This document shows, one piece after another, positions 14,201 to 23,232 of a stretch of 64,000 nt of DNA. Position numbers and translations under genes: made by a program. The DNA is from Bugula neritina (taxonomy: Eukaryota > Animalia > Bryozoa). The stretch's first letter is position 1. Each line of letters starts with the position of its first letter. The DNA lies in contig OZ037765.1 in NCBI GenBank assembly GCA_964035545.1, forward strand, positions 19,468,995 through 19,532,994, given 5' to 3'. Below the pieces are notes generated by a model. The model saw only the letters and a list, made by a program, of their open reading frames with translations. It was not told the origin of the DNA and ran no database searches.

Positions 14201-15228
14201 AATATTCATAACTAAAATATAATCGTATTTGAAATTTTTAGGATACAAGGTAAAGATATGTTTCAGTTTTCAAATACAGTTTAATACAAGAAAATTTACA
14301 CAAAAATAAGAGCTAAATACTTTGAGTAGAGTACTTGTATGTATAACTGCAGCATTCACTTACATGGTTTCGACCTGGCTGTTTGAATTCTACCAAACAC
14401 AGCGAGCACACATTATCACCAGTTACCTAAAATATGAGAAAAACACCTATAGTAAGTGTAAGAGACTATAGAGTAGCTATTTTCTCACTACCAGAAATAT
14501 TATACAGTGTATTGTAGTCTATCTTCCACTGTCAAACTAAATCATTTTCGTTACAGCATCATGGGTACTTACTGTCCAAAAAGAGTCATTGCCTTCATAA
14601 TCAAAGCCTTGCAGCGAACAATTGCCACCAATAATAGCTAATGGCTGTTCGATATCTCCTAACCTTCCGATGGTCACAGCATTAGCACCATCTGATGCCT
14701 AGAGGATCAAAATAATACATGGTTACTCCAATAATGCATTACCAAAACTACAAGCTTGACATTTCCTTAGCAACAGAATCTAAACTCACCTCTTTGTAAA
14801 ATAAGTCAGAATTATCATTCACATCATAGGCGAGCACATTAGTGGGAGTTCCAACAACTAGTACATCAGTGTTGGGTTTGCTAGGGTTGAGCCGACCAGC
14901 GCATATTGAAGATATACTCTGGTTAATATTTAGCATGCTAAGATCTCCTGTAACTCCCAGCTGCATACGACCACCACTCTGATGAGATGCATGAGGATTG
15001 TGCACAAACACCTACAGAATATCTTTGCTATTGCAACATTCTTTGATTGCAAGTTTGCAAACTGAAAACTAAATGACACTATGTTTCAGAAAACTGGTTA
15101 GTCACACCTACTTTGCCGGCTGAAGTTGCTGCAGTGAGAGAAGGATGCTTGCCATCATAAACACCAACAGTAACAGTTCCAGGAATCACTTTCTGGCCCA
15201 ACTTCAGGGTAAATATTGGTATTAACAT
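8201..15228 (-). CDS. BBS2: Bardet-Biedl syndrome 2 protein (BBSome subunit), 14 coding exons
   Basis: Exons 15228-15112, 15011-14790, 14698-14573, 14426-14364, 13995-13813, 13517-13295, 13196-13035, 12349-12166, 11428-11318, 10974-10842, 10026-9757, 9504-9392, 8876-8728 and 8301-8201. The N-terminus [31 protein letters not shown], plus [40 protein letters not shown] and [20 protein letters not shown], match BBS2. Confidence 0.97.
8380..8546. mobile_element. Partial copy of the MITE at 33564-34319, in the last BBS2 intron
   Basis: 8433-8546 closely matches 34209-34317, including the TIR tgcccttaactatcctgt. 8380-8427 matches about 34101-34146 in the reverse-complement orientation. Confidence 0.8.
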
Positions 15229-15350
15229 GATTCTATCTCAGTTGCAACCGTTTCTCTATTCTGTGAATATTTACAGTTTAACAATTACACAAACAGTTTA
15301 CCTTTAGCTGAGATTGTGAATATCTCACAGTTTGCTGTGAATAAATGTAT

Positions 15351-15913
15351 TGTAATGGATTTTAACGCTCTAGTAATTATATCGCGTCACTATTATAATG
15401 GACTTAGCGTAACTTTGCAAATACTGTAAATGCTGTAATTATAGCTAAGCTCCTTGCGTAGCTTTCTAATGCCTCAAATATTGTAATTATAGCTAAGCTC
15501 TTAGTGTAGTAAATAGCGTAATGATTGTGAATTGCCCTTTCTATTATTTTTGTTTGTTTACTGTAATAGTTTTTGTGAGTTGTATTCCCTGCCACTTTTC
15601 TTTTTGTTTTATAAATAATTAACTATGTGAGCCGAAGCTCGTCCGAAGTCGGAACCGATGTCGGAGGAGCCTGTCCGAGATCGGACCGGATATTTCCGAC
15701 ATCGGTCGCCGGAACTCCGAACTTCGTACGAACTTCGGACCCCTCTGTATATAAGCGTGAGTTTTTCTAGTATGAATCAGTCTAACACTGGAGCTCACAG
15801 AGGAAACATCAATAAAGACTATTAGAATCAATATTTTACAAAGACTTTATTTCTATCACAATAACTGGCATGCAGACTACTAGTCTATTCTTATAATCCA
15901 CAAAACCACAACA
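15351..15913 (+). repeat. 5' LTR (563 bp)
   Basis: Starts TGTAATGG and ends CCACAACA. TATATAAG at 15748 and AATAAA at 15811. No differences from the 3' LTR seen by eye (offset 6339). Confidence 0.97.
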
Positions 15914-15914
15914 T

Positions 15915-15933
15915 TGGTGGCAGCGGTGGGATT
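15915..15933 (+). promoter_or_regulatory. Primer-binding site complementary to the tRNA-Leu 3' end
   Basis: TGGTGGCAGCGGTGGGATT lies 1 nt after the LTR. It is the reverse complement of the ...AATCCCACCGCTGCCACCA 3' end typical of animal tRNA-Leu (AAG/TAG). Confidence 0.9.
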
Positions 15934-15985
15934 AGAATAGACTAGTACGACAAGCAGCCATTAGAGAGAAAGAAAGAACAGCACA

Positions 15986-16935
15986 ATGGGGGACGAAGGA
16001 GAAGCAGAAGTCATGGTAGAAGGAGAGGAAGAAGTCATGGTAGAAGGAGAAGAAGAAGGAGAAGGGGACCGTCTCACCATGGAGACTCTCATCGCAGCCC
16101 TCCGGGAGGTCAGCAAGGCCGGGCAGGCAGCACCTGGAGACAGGTATCGCCTGAGGCCCCCGATTTTCGGAGGCGATGGGGACATAGAGCAATTCATCAG
16201 GGAGTTTGAAGAGGTAGCCACCCTCGCCGAATGGCCGGCACCGGTGCGCCTTCTTCACCTCCGTACCTGTCTGACAGGTCAGGCAAAGAGTTATGCTCTG
16301 GGACCCAATACAGCGCACATCTTTCAGGCCCTCAGGTCGCGTTTCGGGCTAACGCCCGCGCCGCCAGGGACAAATTGCGCATCATACGCCGAGACCGGAA
16401 GACCTCACTCCAAGACCATGCGAACGCTATTGAGGCACTAGTACCAGTAGCCCATAGCGACGACACACCGGCAGCACAAAGAGGTGCTGTGTATGAAGCC
16501 TTCTTCCACACAATCAATAACCCTGGACTACAGCGTTATTACTTGGCAGCCAAGGTCACCACTATAGAGGAAGCCTTAGCCCTGGGCAAGGCTTACTACC
16601 AAGTGGAGGGACCTCAATGTGCGGATTTCACCGCTTGTCAGATTGAGGAACGACCCGAAGTCGCTAAGCCGGATCAGCCAAACCCACAGGCCGTGGCGGC
16701 TGCTACTACTTCGTCACCTGACCAGATGACCATGCTGATGGACATGGTAAAGGGATTGCAGGCAGAGATGAAACAGATGCAGAGAGAACAGGCTGATAAA
16801 CGAAACCCCCGACCCCGGGGTGAACCAGCCGGTACTACCCACCTCACCTGCTGGGGGTGTGGTGCCAGGGGACATGTACGAAGGCAATGCCCTCACGAAA
16901 GAAGGATGCCTTTAAACACCCGGGGCTCGCGGTAA
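15986..16935 (+). CDS. gag: Gag (split over two frames near 16352-16354; C-terminal CCHC zinc knuckle)
   Basis: The first frame gives PPIFGGDGDIEQFIREFEEVATLAEW...LRSRFGLT. Gag-like sequence continues in the -1 frame (ARAARDKLRIIRRD...CWGCGARGHVRRQC) to TAA at 16935. Confidence 0.85.
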
Positions 16936-16954
16936 CCTCCGCCAACCGTGAGCC
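16911..16954 (+). promoter_or_regulatory. Programmed -1 ribosomal frameshift signal (U UUA AAC plus stem-loop)
   Basis: TTTAAAC at 16911-16917 is in gag phase. After a 6-nt spacer, GGCTCGCGGT (16924-16933) pairs with ACCGTGAGCC (16945-16954). pol is in the -1 frame. Confidence 0.85.
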
Positions 16955-19900
16955 ACCAGCCAACCCCATCCGAGAAGAAATGACCCAAGGAGCCTCTTCC
17001 AGGCCAGCCGAGGCTGCGTGGGGACGTTGGAGACCCCAAGGTCTGCCCGACTCTCCAACCCAGCCACCTACGACCCGGATGGGACTCCTAAATGCAGGAT
17101 GGCAGGCACCTCGGAGATCTCGGAGACCGCAAGGTTTACCCGATCCTCCGGCCTGGCCACTCCAAAACCGGTTCGCGGGGTTGCCCGAAGAGGCTGTGGA
17201 GGAAGAATCAGCTTACTCGCAAGAGTATCCCAAGCTACCCTCCCAGCCTCAGAAAACCCCCGTTGTCTGTAAGACGAAGAGGAGGCCCGCTGTAAGGACC
17301 CAAGAGGTGTCCCCCCCAGAGACTGACCGACCCAGGAGCACCCAGCCGTATGGAAGCAGCTACTTCCTGCCCGGAAAAATTTTGGGTAAAGCTGCCACCT
17401 TCCTGCTGGACACAGGGTGCACTACAAACCTGCTAAGTCGGCGTCTCTTCGACACCCTTGGCGCCCGAGAGCGGGCGAGCCTCGAGCCATACGAAGGAGC
17501 ACACGGTACGTTGGCGGACGGATCGTGTATCCCCTTCTACGGCATTATCACACTACCTGGACGAGTCCGTGATCAAGTAATTCACGAGACGTTCATTGTC
17601 AGCCACCTGAAGGAAGACGCCATTCTGGGAATGCCCTTTCTGGAGAAACACCAGTGTCACATGGATTTCCAGAAGTCGGCGGTGGTGATGGCTGGGAAGG
17701 AACTTGCCTGTGTGGACAAGTTTGGTAGGCCCTTGGTTGGCGGAGTCCAGGTAGTGCAGGACTGCATGATTCCAGGGAGATCCCAGGCTACTCTCCGATG
17801 CAGGGTCAACTGCAAGGAGATCGCCGCACTGGGGGTGGTGGAGGGAACGCACGGAGCAATTCAACTGGCAAACAGCCTAAATCAGCTGGACTGTCGAAGA
17901 GAGCTCCTCGTGCAATGCATCAACCCCTTTGCGGAATCGGTCCGATTATCGGCTGGTGCACTGGTGGGGAAGTACCACTCAATCCATGAGGCGGATGTGG
18001 GTCCGGCACTGGAAACAGTGACCGACACCCAGGGAAACCCCCCTCACAACCACCGAGAAGCAGTCCCGGAGCATGTGGCTGGCTTGTACAGTGGAGCGTG
18101 TGGAAACTGTACGAGTAGTACTGAACGCCAAACACTGGCTCAACTACTCGCGGAGTACAGTGATGTCTTCAGTCGTGGTGATGAAGATATGGGGCTGACT
18201 AAGGTTATCTCCCACGAGATACCCCTGGCAGCTGGCACCACTCCCATCAGGCAGCCAACCCGACGTCTGGGCCCGGAGAAGGAGAAGGAGGTGAGCCGGC
18301 AGGTGCAAGATCTTCTCGACCGGGATCTGATTGAGCCTGCCCACGGTGCGTGGAGCTCTCCAGTAGTCCTGGTCAAGAAGAAGGATGGTAGCTGGAGGTT
18401 CTGTGTGGACTACCGCAGACTCAACAGCGTTACCATCCAGGACGCTTACCCCCTTCCGCGGATAGATGAGTCTCTGGATGCCCTCGCGGGTAGCAAGTAC
18501 TTCAGTACTCTGGATCTGCTTAGCGGGTACTGGCAAGTACCCCTCAGTCCTGATGCTCAGGACAAAGCAGCATTCATTACCCGCGATGGGCTCTGGAAGT
18601 GGAAAGTACTGCCGTTTGGACTTACGTCCGCCCCGGCAACTTTCCAAAGACTCATGGAGCAGGTCCTCAGTGGGTTACACTGGAAGACCCTCCTAATCTA
18701 TCTGGATGACGTCATTGTCATCTCCCCAGACTTTACGACTCATGTCAGTCGCCTGCGGGAGGTCTTTGACCGACTCCGGGCTGCTGGACTGAAGTTGAAG
18801 CCCTCCAAGTGTGCACTCCTACAGCAAGAAGTCACGTACCTGGGCCATGTGGTTGGCCGTGACGGGGTCGCTACCGATCCGGAGAAGGTACAGGCTGTGA
18901 AGGAGTGGGCCGTCCCCCGGGACCTCTCTGAATTGCGGGCATTCCTGGGCCTGGTAGGGTACTACAGGCAGTACGTACCCGGGTTTGCAGGGGTGGCTCA
19001 GCCTTTGAATCGGCTAACCGCCAAGGGAGTCCGGTGGCAGTGGACACAGGAGGAGCAGCAGGCATTCGACCACCTCAAACAACGGCTAATGGAGGCGCCG
19101 ATTCTGGCGTATCCTGATCCAGCCAAAGAGTACATCCTGGACACCGACGCCAGCGACCACAGTGTGGGAGCTGTTCTGTCTCAAGTCCAGGGTGGAAGTG
19201 AGGTGGTCGTGGCTTACTACAGCAAGACTCTCGCGGCCGCCGAGAAAAACTACTGCACCACTAGGAAGGAACTCCTAGCAGTAGTCAAGGCGGTCAAGCA
19301 CTTTCGGCCATATCTGTATGGGAGAACGTTCCGGTTGCGAACAGACCATGCATCACTGATATGGTTGTGTAAACGTGCAGAGCCCTCGAGCCAGGTGGCT
19401 CGTTGGCTAGAGATTCTTGCTGAGTTTTCCTACCGGATAGAGCACCGCGCCGGCAAGAAACACGGGAACGCTGATGGCATGAGTCGCCGACCGGTGGAGG
19501 ACTGCAAGCAATGCCTACACATCGAGAGGCGTGATGGGGGACCTGCCCGCCTTGACGTCGAGGCACAGTTGGGAGACGGCAACGTCTATCATTGGGAGCA
19601 CGGCCATCTTCGGCCTGAAACCCACTCAGACGACGTCCAGGCACTCCGTGCTAACCCCACACTGTACCAGAACGTCAAGGAGCTGTGTCGACTGCAAGAA
19701 ACACTCCCTGGATCAGTAGCTGACATCTTCCGAGCCAAGAAAGGAGGCAGCCGACCCTCGGAGGAACAGCAACGGCAGGGAGACGCTGAGTTTCAGTTCT
19801 TCTGCCGCCGCTGGAATTCTCTCCAGATTCGTTCAGACGGCCTCCTGACGATGACACTCGCAGCAGACAACCGACAACAGGAGAGGGATCGCGTCGTATG

Positions 19901-21599
19901 CCCACGCGCTCTCCGTCGGGAAATCATCTGGGACACCCACAAACAGGCCCATGCGGGAGCCAGTCGGGTCATCAGATGCCTGCAGATGCGATGGTATTGG
20001 CCCGGGATGACCAGGGATGTGCGACTGAGAATTCGGCACTGTGAAGTCTGTCAGGCCAGCAAACACGGACGCCCCACCGAAACCACGGGTCGGCGCCGGC
20101 TATACGCCGGCCGGCCTTGGCAGGTCGTGGCGGTAGATCTCGTGGGACCCATGCCCACGACCGAAAGGGGAAACTCTTGGATCTTGGTCCTTACAGACCA
20201 CTTCACACGATGGGCGGATGCCCTGGCTATCCCCGACGCATCGGCACCTACAGTAGCCCGAGTCCTGGACCAGCATGTGTTCTGTTACTTCGGCCTACCG
20301 GAACAGATACACACTGACCAGGGCGCTCAATTCCAATCACAGCTAATGAAGGACCTCTGCCAAGTATGGGGGGTGAACCAGAGCCGGACCACCCCGTATC
20401 ACCCCCAAGGAAATGGGGTAGTTGAAAGAAACAACCGGATGTTGGGTGATGCTCTCCGGAGCCTCTTGTTGGGAAGGAGTCAAGAGGAGTGGGACGTCAT
20501 GCTACCACAGATTATGCGAGCATATCGAAGCACCCCCCACTCTAGCACACAGGAAACACCAAACTTGATGATGTTGGGCCGAGAAACCAGGGTACCAGAA
20601 CATCTCGCGTACCACATTCCTAACCCAGAATTCCCAGTACATGAGTACGTGGGAAAGTTAGTCGAAACCATGAAGAAAGCTCATGACGCACTGAGAGAGA
20701 AACAGTGGCTGGTACGAACAGAAGATTCCGAGGAACCACCTCTGTATCGCGAAGGGGACTGGGTGTGGATGGTCAGCTACCGCAGGCGACGCGGACAATC
20801 GGCTAAATTACAGCCTAAGTTCGTCGGGCCCTACTGCGTGGTAGAGGTTTTACCAAACCATACATATCGTGTGGAACGCTCGGGACAGATATCTGTTCAA
20901 AACGAGCAGCGGTTGAAACCTTACCACGGAAGCCCGGAAGCCGCGGGACAGGCACCACCACTGCTGGAACCAGCACGACAGCCCATCACCCGGGGGAGGA
21001 GGAATCAACCCCGAGAGTGGGAAATATTCATTCGTGACCCCGAAGAAGTTCATAATACCTTAGAAGCTCCGCCTCGGGATCCACCACCAAACGCCCCCAT
21101 TCCGGATCCACCACCCCAACCACAGCTAGAGGATCGGCCAATCCCGGGCTTGACCCCGGTGGCCCCCATGACAGAGGACGCTCCCTCACCAGCAAGAAAT
21201 CAGAATGAAGCCCCTCCAAGTGACGAGCCCCACAGACAGTCCGATACATCAGTATCTGACACCCTGGGCAGGAGTAAAAGGGATAGAAGACCCCCAAAAT
21301 ATTTAGCAGATTACCACGTGGGATGCTTAACCGACTCTGGGCCACCGAGTTGTTCACCCAGTACGGGTAAAAACTCTAAATTTCGGATGCAGAGCAGCCC
21401 TGACAGTGCAGGACGGCTCCAGGGACAACAACTCGCACACCAGCCCAGTGTTGATCCAAGCAGACAATGGCGCCCTGGACCTACGGACCACCTTGACCTC
21501 ACTCAAGAAAGCGACTTGGACAGAAGAATCCAGGCCTTATCCTGCCACCTCGATCAATGCACAAGGGAAATGGAAAGCCTGATACGCCGGATCCGATGA
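16911..21599 (+). CDS. pol: Pol polyprotein (protease, RT, RNase H, integrase), entered by -1 frameshift
   Basis: Open about 1560 codons: FLLDTGC protease; WRFCVDYRRLN, LPFGL and YLDD RT; DTDASD and TDH RNase H; H-x3-H...C-x2-C, DLVGP, TDQG and VER integrase; KFVGPY (GPY/F) motif; RSKRDRRPPKYLADY tail. Confidence 0.96.
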   Translation, partial: FKHPGLAVTSANREPPANPIREEMTQGASSRPAEAAWGRWRPQGLPDSPTQPPTTRMGLLNAGWQAPRRSRRPQGLPDPPAWPLQNRFAGLPEEAVEEESAYSQEYPKLPSQPQKTPVVCKTKRRPAVRTQEVSPPETDRPRSTQPYGSSYFLPGKILGKAATFLLDTGCTTNLLSRRLFDTLGARERASLEPYEGAHGTLADGSCIPFYGIITLPGRVRDQVIHETFIVSHLKEDAILGMPFLEKHQCHMDFQKSAVVMAGKELACVDKFGRPLVGGVQVVQDCMIPGRSQATLRCRVNCKEIAALGVVEGTHGAIQLANSLNQLDCRRELLVQCINPFAESVRLSAGALVGKYHSIHEADVGPALETVTDTQGNPPHNHREAVPEHVAGLYSGACGNCTSSTERQTLAQLLAEYSDVFSRGDEDMGLTKVISHEIPLAAGTTPIRQPTRRLGPEKEKEVSRQVQDLLDRDLIEPAHGAWSSPVVLVKKKDGSWRFCVDYRRLNSVTIQDAYPLPRIDESLDALAGSKYFSTLDLLSGYWQVPLSPDAQDKAAFITRDGLWKWKVLPFGLTSAPATFQRLMEQVLSGLHWKTLLIYLDDVIVISPDFTTHVSRLREVFDRLRAAGLKLKPSKCALLQQEVTYLGHVVGRDGVATDPEKVQAVKEWAVPRDLSELRAFLGLVGYYRQYVPGFAGVAQPLNRLTAKGVRWQWTQEEQQAFDHLKQRLMEAPILAYPDPAKEYILDTDASDHSVGAVLSQVQGGSEVVVAYYSKTLAAAEKNYCTTRKELLAVVKAVKHFRPYLYGRTFRLRTDHASLIWLCKRAEPSSQVARWLEILAEFSYRIEHRAGKKHGNADGMSRRPVEDCKQCLHIERRDGGPARLDVEAQLGDGNVYHWEHGHLRPETHSDDVQALRANPTLYQNVKELCRLQETLPGSVADIFRAKKGGSRPSEEQQRQGDAEFQFFCRRWNSLQIRSDGLLTMTLAADNRQQERDRVVCPRALRREIIWDTHKQAHAGASRVIRCLQMRWYWPGMTRDVRLRIRHCEVCQASKHGRPTETTGRRRLYAGRPWQVVAVDLVGPMPTTERGNSWILVLTDHFTRWADALAIPDASAPTVARVLDQHVFCYFGLPEQIHTDQGAQFQSQLMKDLCQVWGVNQSRTTPYHPQGNGVVERNNRMLGDALRSLLLGRSQEEWDVMLPQIMRAYRSTPHSSTQETPNLMMLGRETRVPEHLAYHIPNPEFPVHEYVGKLVETMKKAHDALREKQWLVRTEDSEEPPLYREGDWVWMVSYRRRRGQSAKLQPKFVGPYCVVEVLPNHTYRVERSGQISVQNEQRLKPYHGSPEAAGQAPPLLEPARQPITRGRRNQPREWEIFIRDPEEVHNTLEAPPRDPPPNAPIPDPPPQPQLEDRPIPGLTPVAPMTEDAPSPARNQNEAPPSDEPHRQSDTSVSDTLGRSKRDRRPPKYLADYHVGCLTDSGPPSCSPSTGKNSKFRMQSSPDSAGRLQGQQLAHQPSVDPSRQWRPGPTDHLDLTQESDLDRRIQALSCHLDQCTREMESLIRRIR

Positions 21600-21679
21600 C
21601 TGAGACCAACAACTGCGAATCCCCAGCATTCGACACCCAAACTGTTTTTCTGTTATCGAAAAGGGAGATGCTTTTCGAT

Positions 21680-21689
21680 GGGGGGAGAA
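21680..21689 (+). promoter_or_regulatory. Polypurine tract
   Basis: GGGGGGAGAA lies immediately before the TG of the 3' LTR. Confidence 0.9.
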
Positions 21690-22252
21690 TGTAATGGATT
21701 TTAACGCTCTAGTAATTATATCGCGTCACTATTATAATGGACTTAGCGTAACTTTGCAAATACTGTAAATGCTGTAATTATAGCTAAGCTCCTTGCGTAG
21801 CTTTCTAATGCCTCAAATATTGTAATTATAGCTAAGCTCTTAGTGTAGTAAATAGCGTAATGATTGTGAATTGCCCTTTCTATTATTTTTGTTTGTTTAC
21901 TGTAATAGTTTTTGTGAGTTGTATTCCCTGCCACTTTTCTTTTTGTTTTATAAATAATTAACTATGTGAGCCGAAGCTCGTCCGAAGTCGGAACCGATGT
22001 CGGAGGAGCCTGTCCGAGATCGGACCGGATATTTCCGACATCGGTCGCCGGAACTCCGAACTTCGTACGAACTTCGGACCCCTCTGTATATAAGCGTGAG
22101 TTTTTCTAGTATGAATCAGTCTAACACTGGAGCTCACAGAGGAAACATCAATAAAGACTATTAGAATCAATATTTTACAAAGACTTTATTTCTATCACAA
22201 TAACTGGCATGCAGACTACTAGTCTATTCTTATAATCCACAAAACCACAACA
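21690..22252 (+). repeat. 3' LTR (563 bp)
   Basis: Direct repeat of 15351-15913, followed by the GTAT TSD. Confidence 0.97.
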
Positions 22253-22795
22253 GTATTACCATGTCCAACAAAACTGAAGTGCATGTCCTAATATTGGGTC
22301 AAATAGTAATGAGTTGCTAAGTATATCACCATGTTTAGCTCAACAAACAATTCCAAAGTCAAAGGGTTATCGCTAAAATGAAGATGGTGCGTATAATCAA
22401 TAATATTATTATTAATATTATAATCAATGACTATAACTATAAGGAATTAGTGTAAATGACTATAACTATTAGTATTACTATAAGAATATCAAAAAGATTA
22501 AGCATAACATTATGATTATGACAATCATTATTAAATTATTATCATAATCATTATGAATTTTGATTATCATTGACTGATCAGTGATTGACATTATGATTAT
22601 GATCATGATTACCATTAGCATTATCATTATGGTATTATGTTAACTTGAAGTGATTATGAATAAATAAATACAAACTTTATCATAATGATAATGGTTTATT
22701 TTAGACAATTAGTGTAATAGGTTTTTCAATTTTATAAGACTGGCGAGGGTCTTTGAAAACCTGATGATAGTAACAGATAAAACCACTTGCACTTA

Positions 22796-23232
22796 CAGAG
22801 CTTACCAATCGAGAACGTTACCTAGTAAAAAAATGCTAAGCAATGTCTCTTTGCGCCATAGTTTTTAATCCGTCCTAAACAATACGTTCAGTTACTGATA
22901 AAAACGAATCTACAAAGTAGCGGGTTTACTTGCTAAACTCTATCAATATGGTGCGAATCAGGTTTTAGTTGAAAGGGTTGTGTCCTCTTAAAACACTCCT
23001 GAAGTTTCGCACGTTAGACGTTTTAATGGATTTTCCAAAGCTACCAGAGGGGACCAATAAAAAGCCAACTTCGTCGACAGGATCCCTCCGGTTACATGCT
23101 GGAATTCTAATTATAAATAAATAAGGCCTTTGAGTTTGCAAGCTCTAAATCCGGTGCGCCCGATAATTGCAGTTGCATATACGCATACATGATTTTATTT
23201 CGGTAAAACTAACTGTAAGACTAAGTGTAAGT
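22796..23232. promoter_or_regulatory. Probable bidirectional promoter and first non-coding exons of BBS2 (-) and sideroflexin (+)
   Basis: A relatively GC/CpG-richer island between the head-to-head genes. Minus-strand donors GTAAGC and GTAAGT at 22805 and 22796, plus-strand donors GTAAGA and GTAAGT at about 23215 and 23227, and X-box-like GTTACCTAGTAAA at 22817-22829. Confidence 0.45.

Larger units (their letters stand above)
15351..22252 (+). mobile_element. Full-length Ty3/Gypsy LTR retrotransposon
   Basis: 563-bp TG...CA LTRs, a 4-bp TSD GTAT (15347-15350 and 22253-22256), PBS, PPT, gag with a CCHC knuckle, and pol in PR-RT-RH-IN order. The interior is GC-rich compared with the host. Confidence 0.98.

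Noticed and set aside
15404-15831. Minus-strand ORFs duplicated in both LTRs
   Set aside because: Short, with non-ATG starts and no recognisable motif. They are duplicated only because the LTRs are.
17018-21502. Many overlapping or antisense ORFs within the retrotransposon
   Set aside because: Expected shadow ORFs in GC-rich coding sequence. No env-like or otherwise recognisable product.
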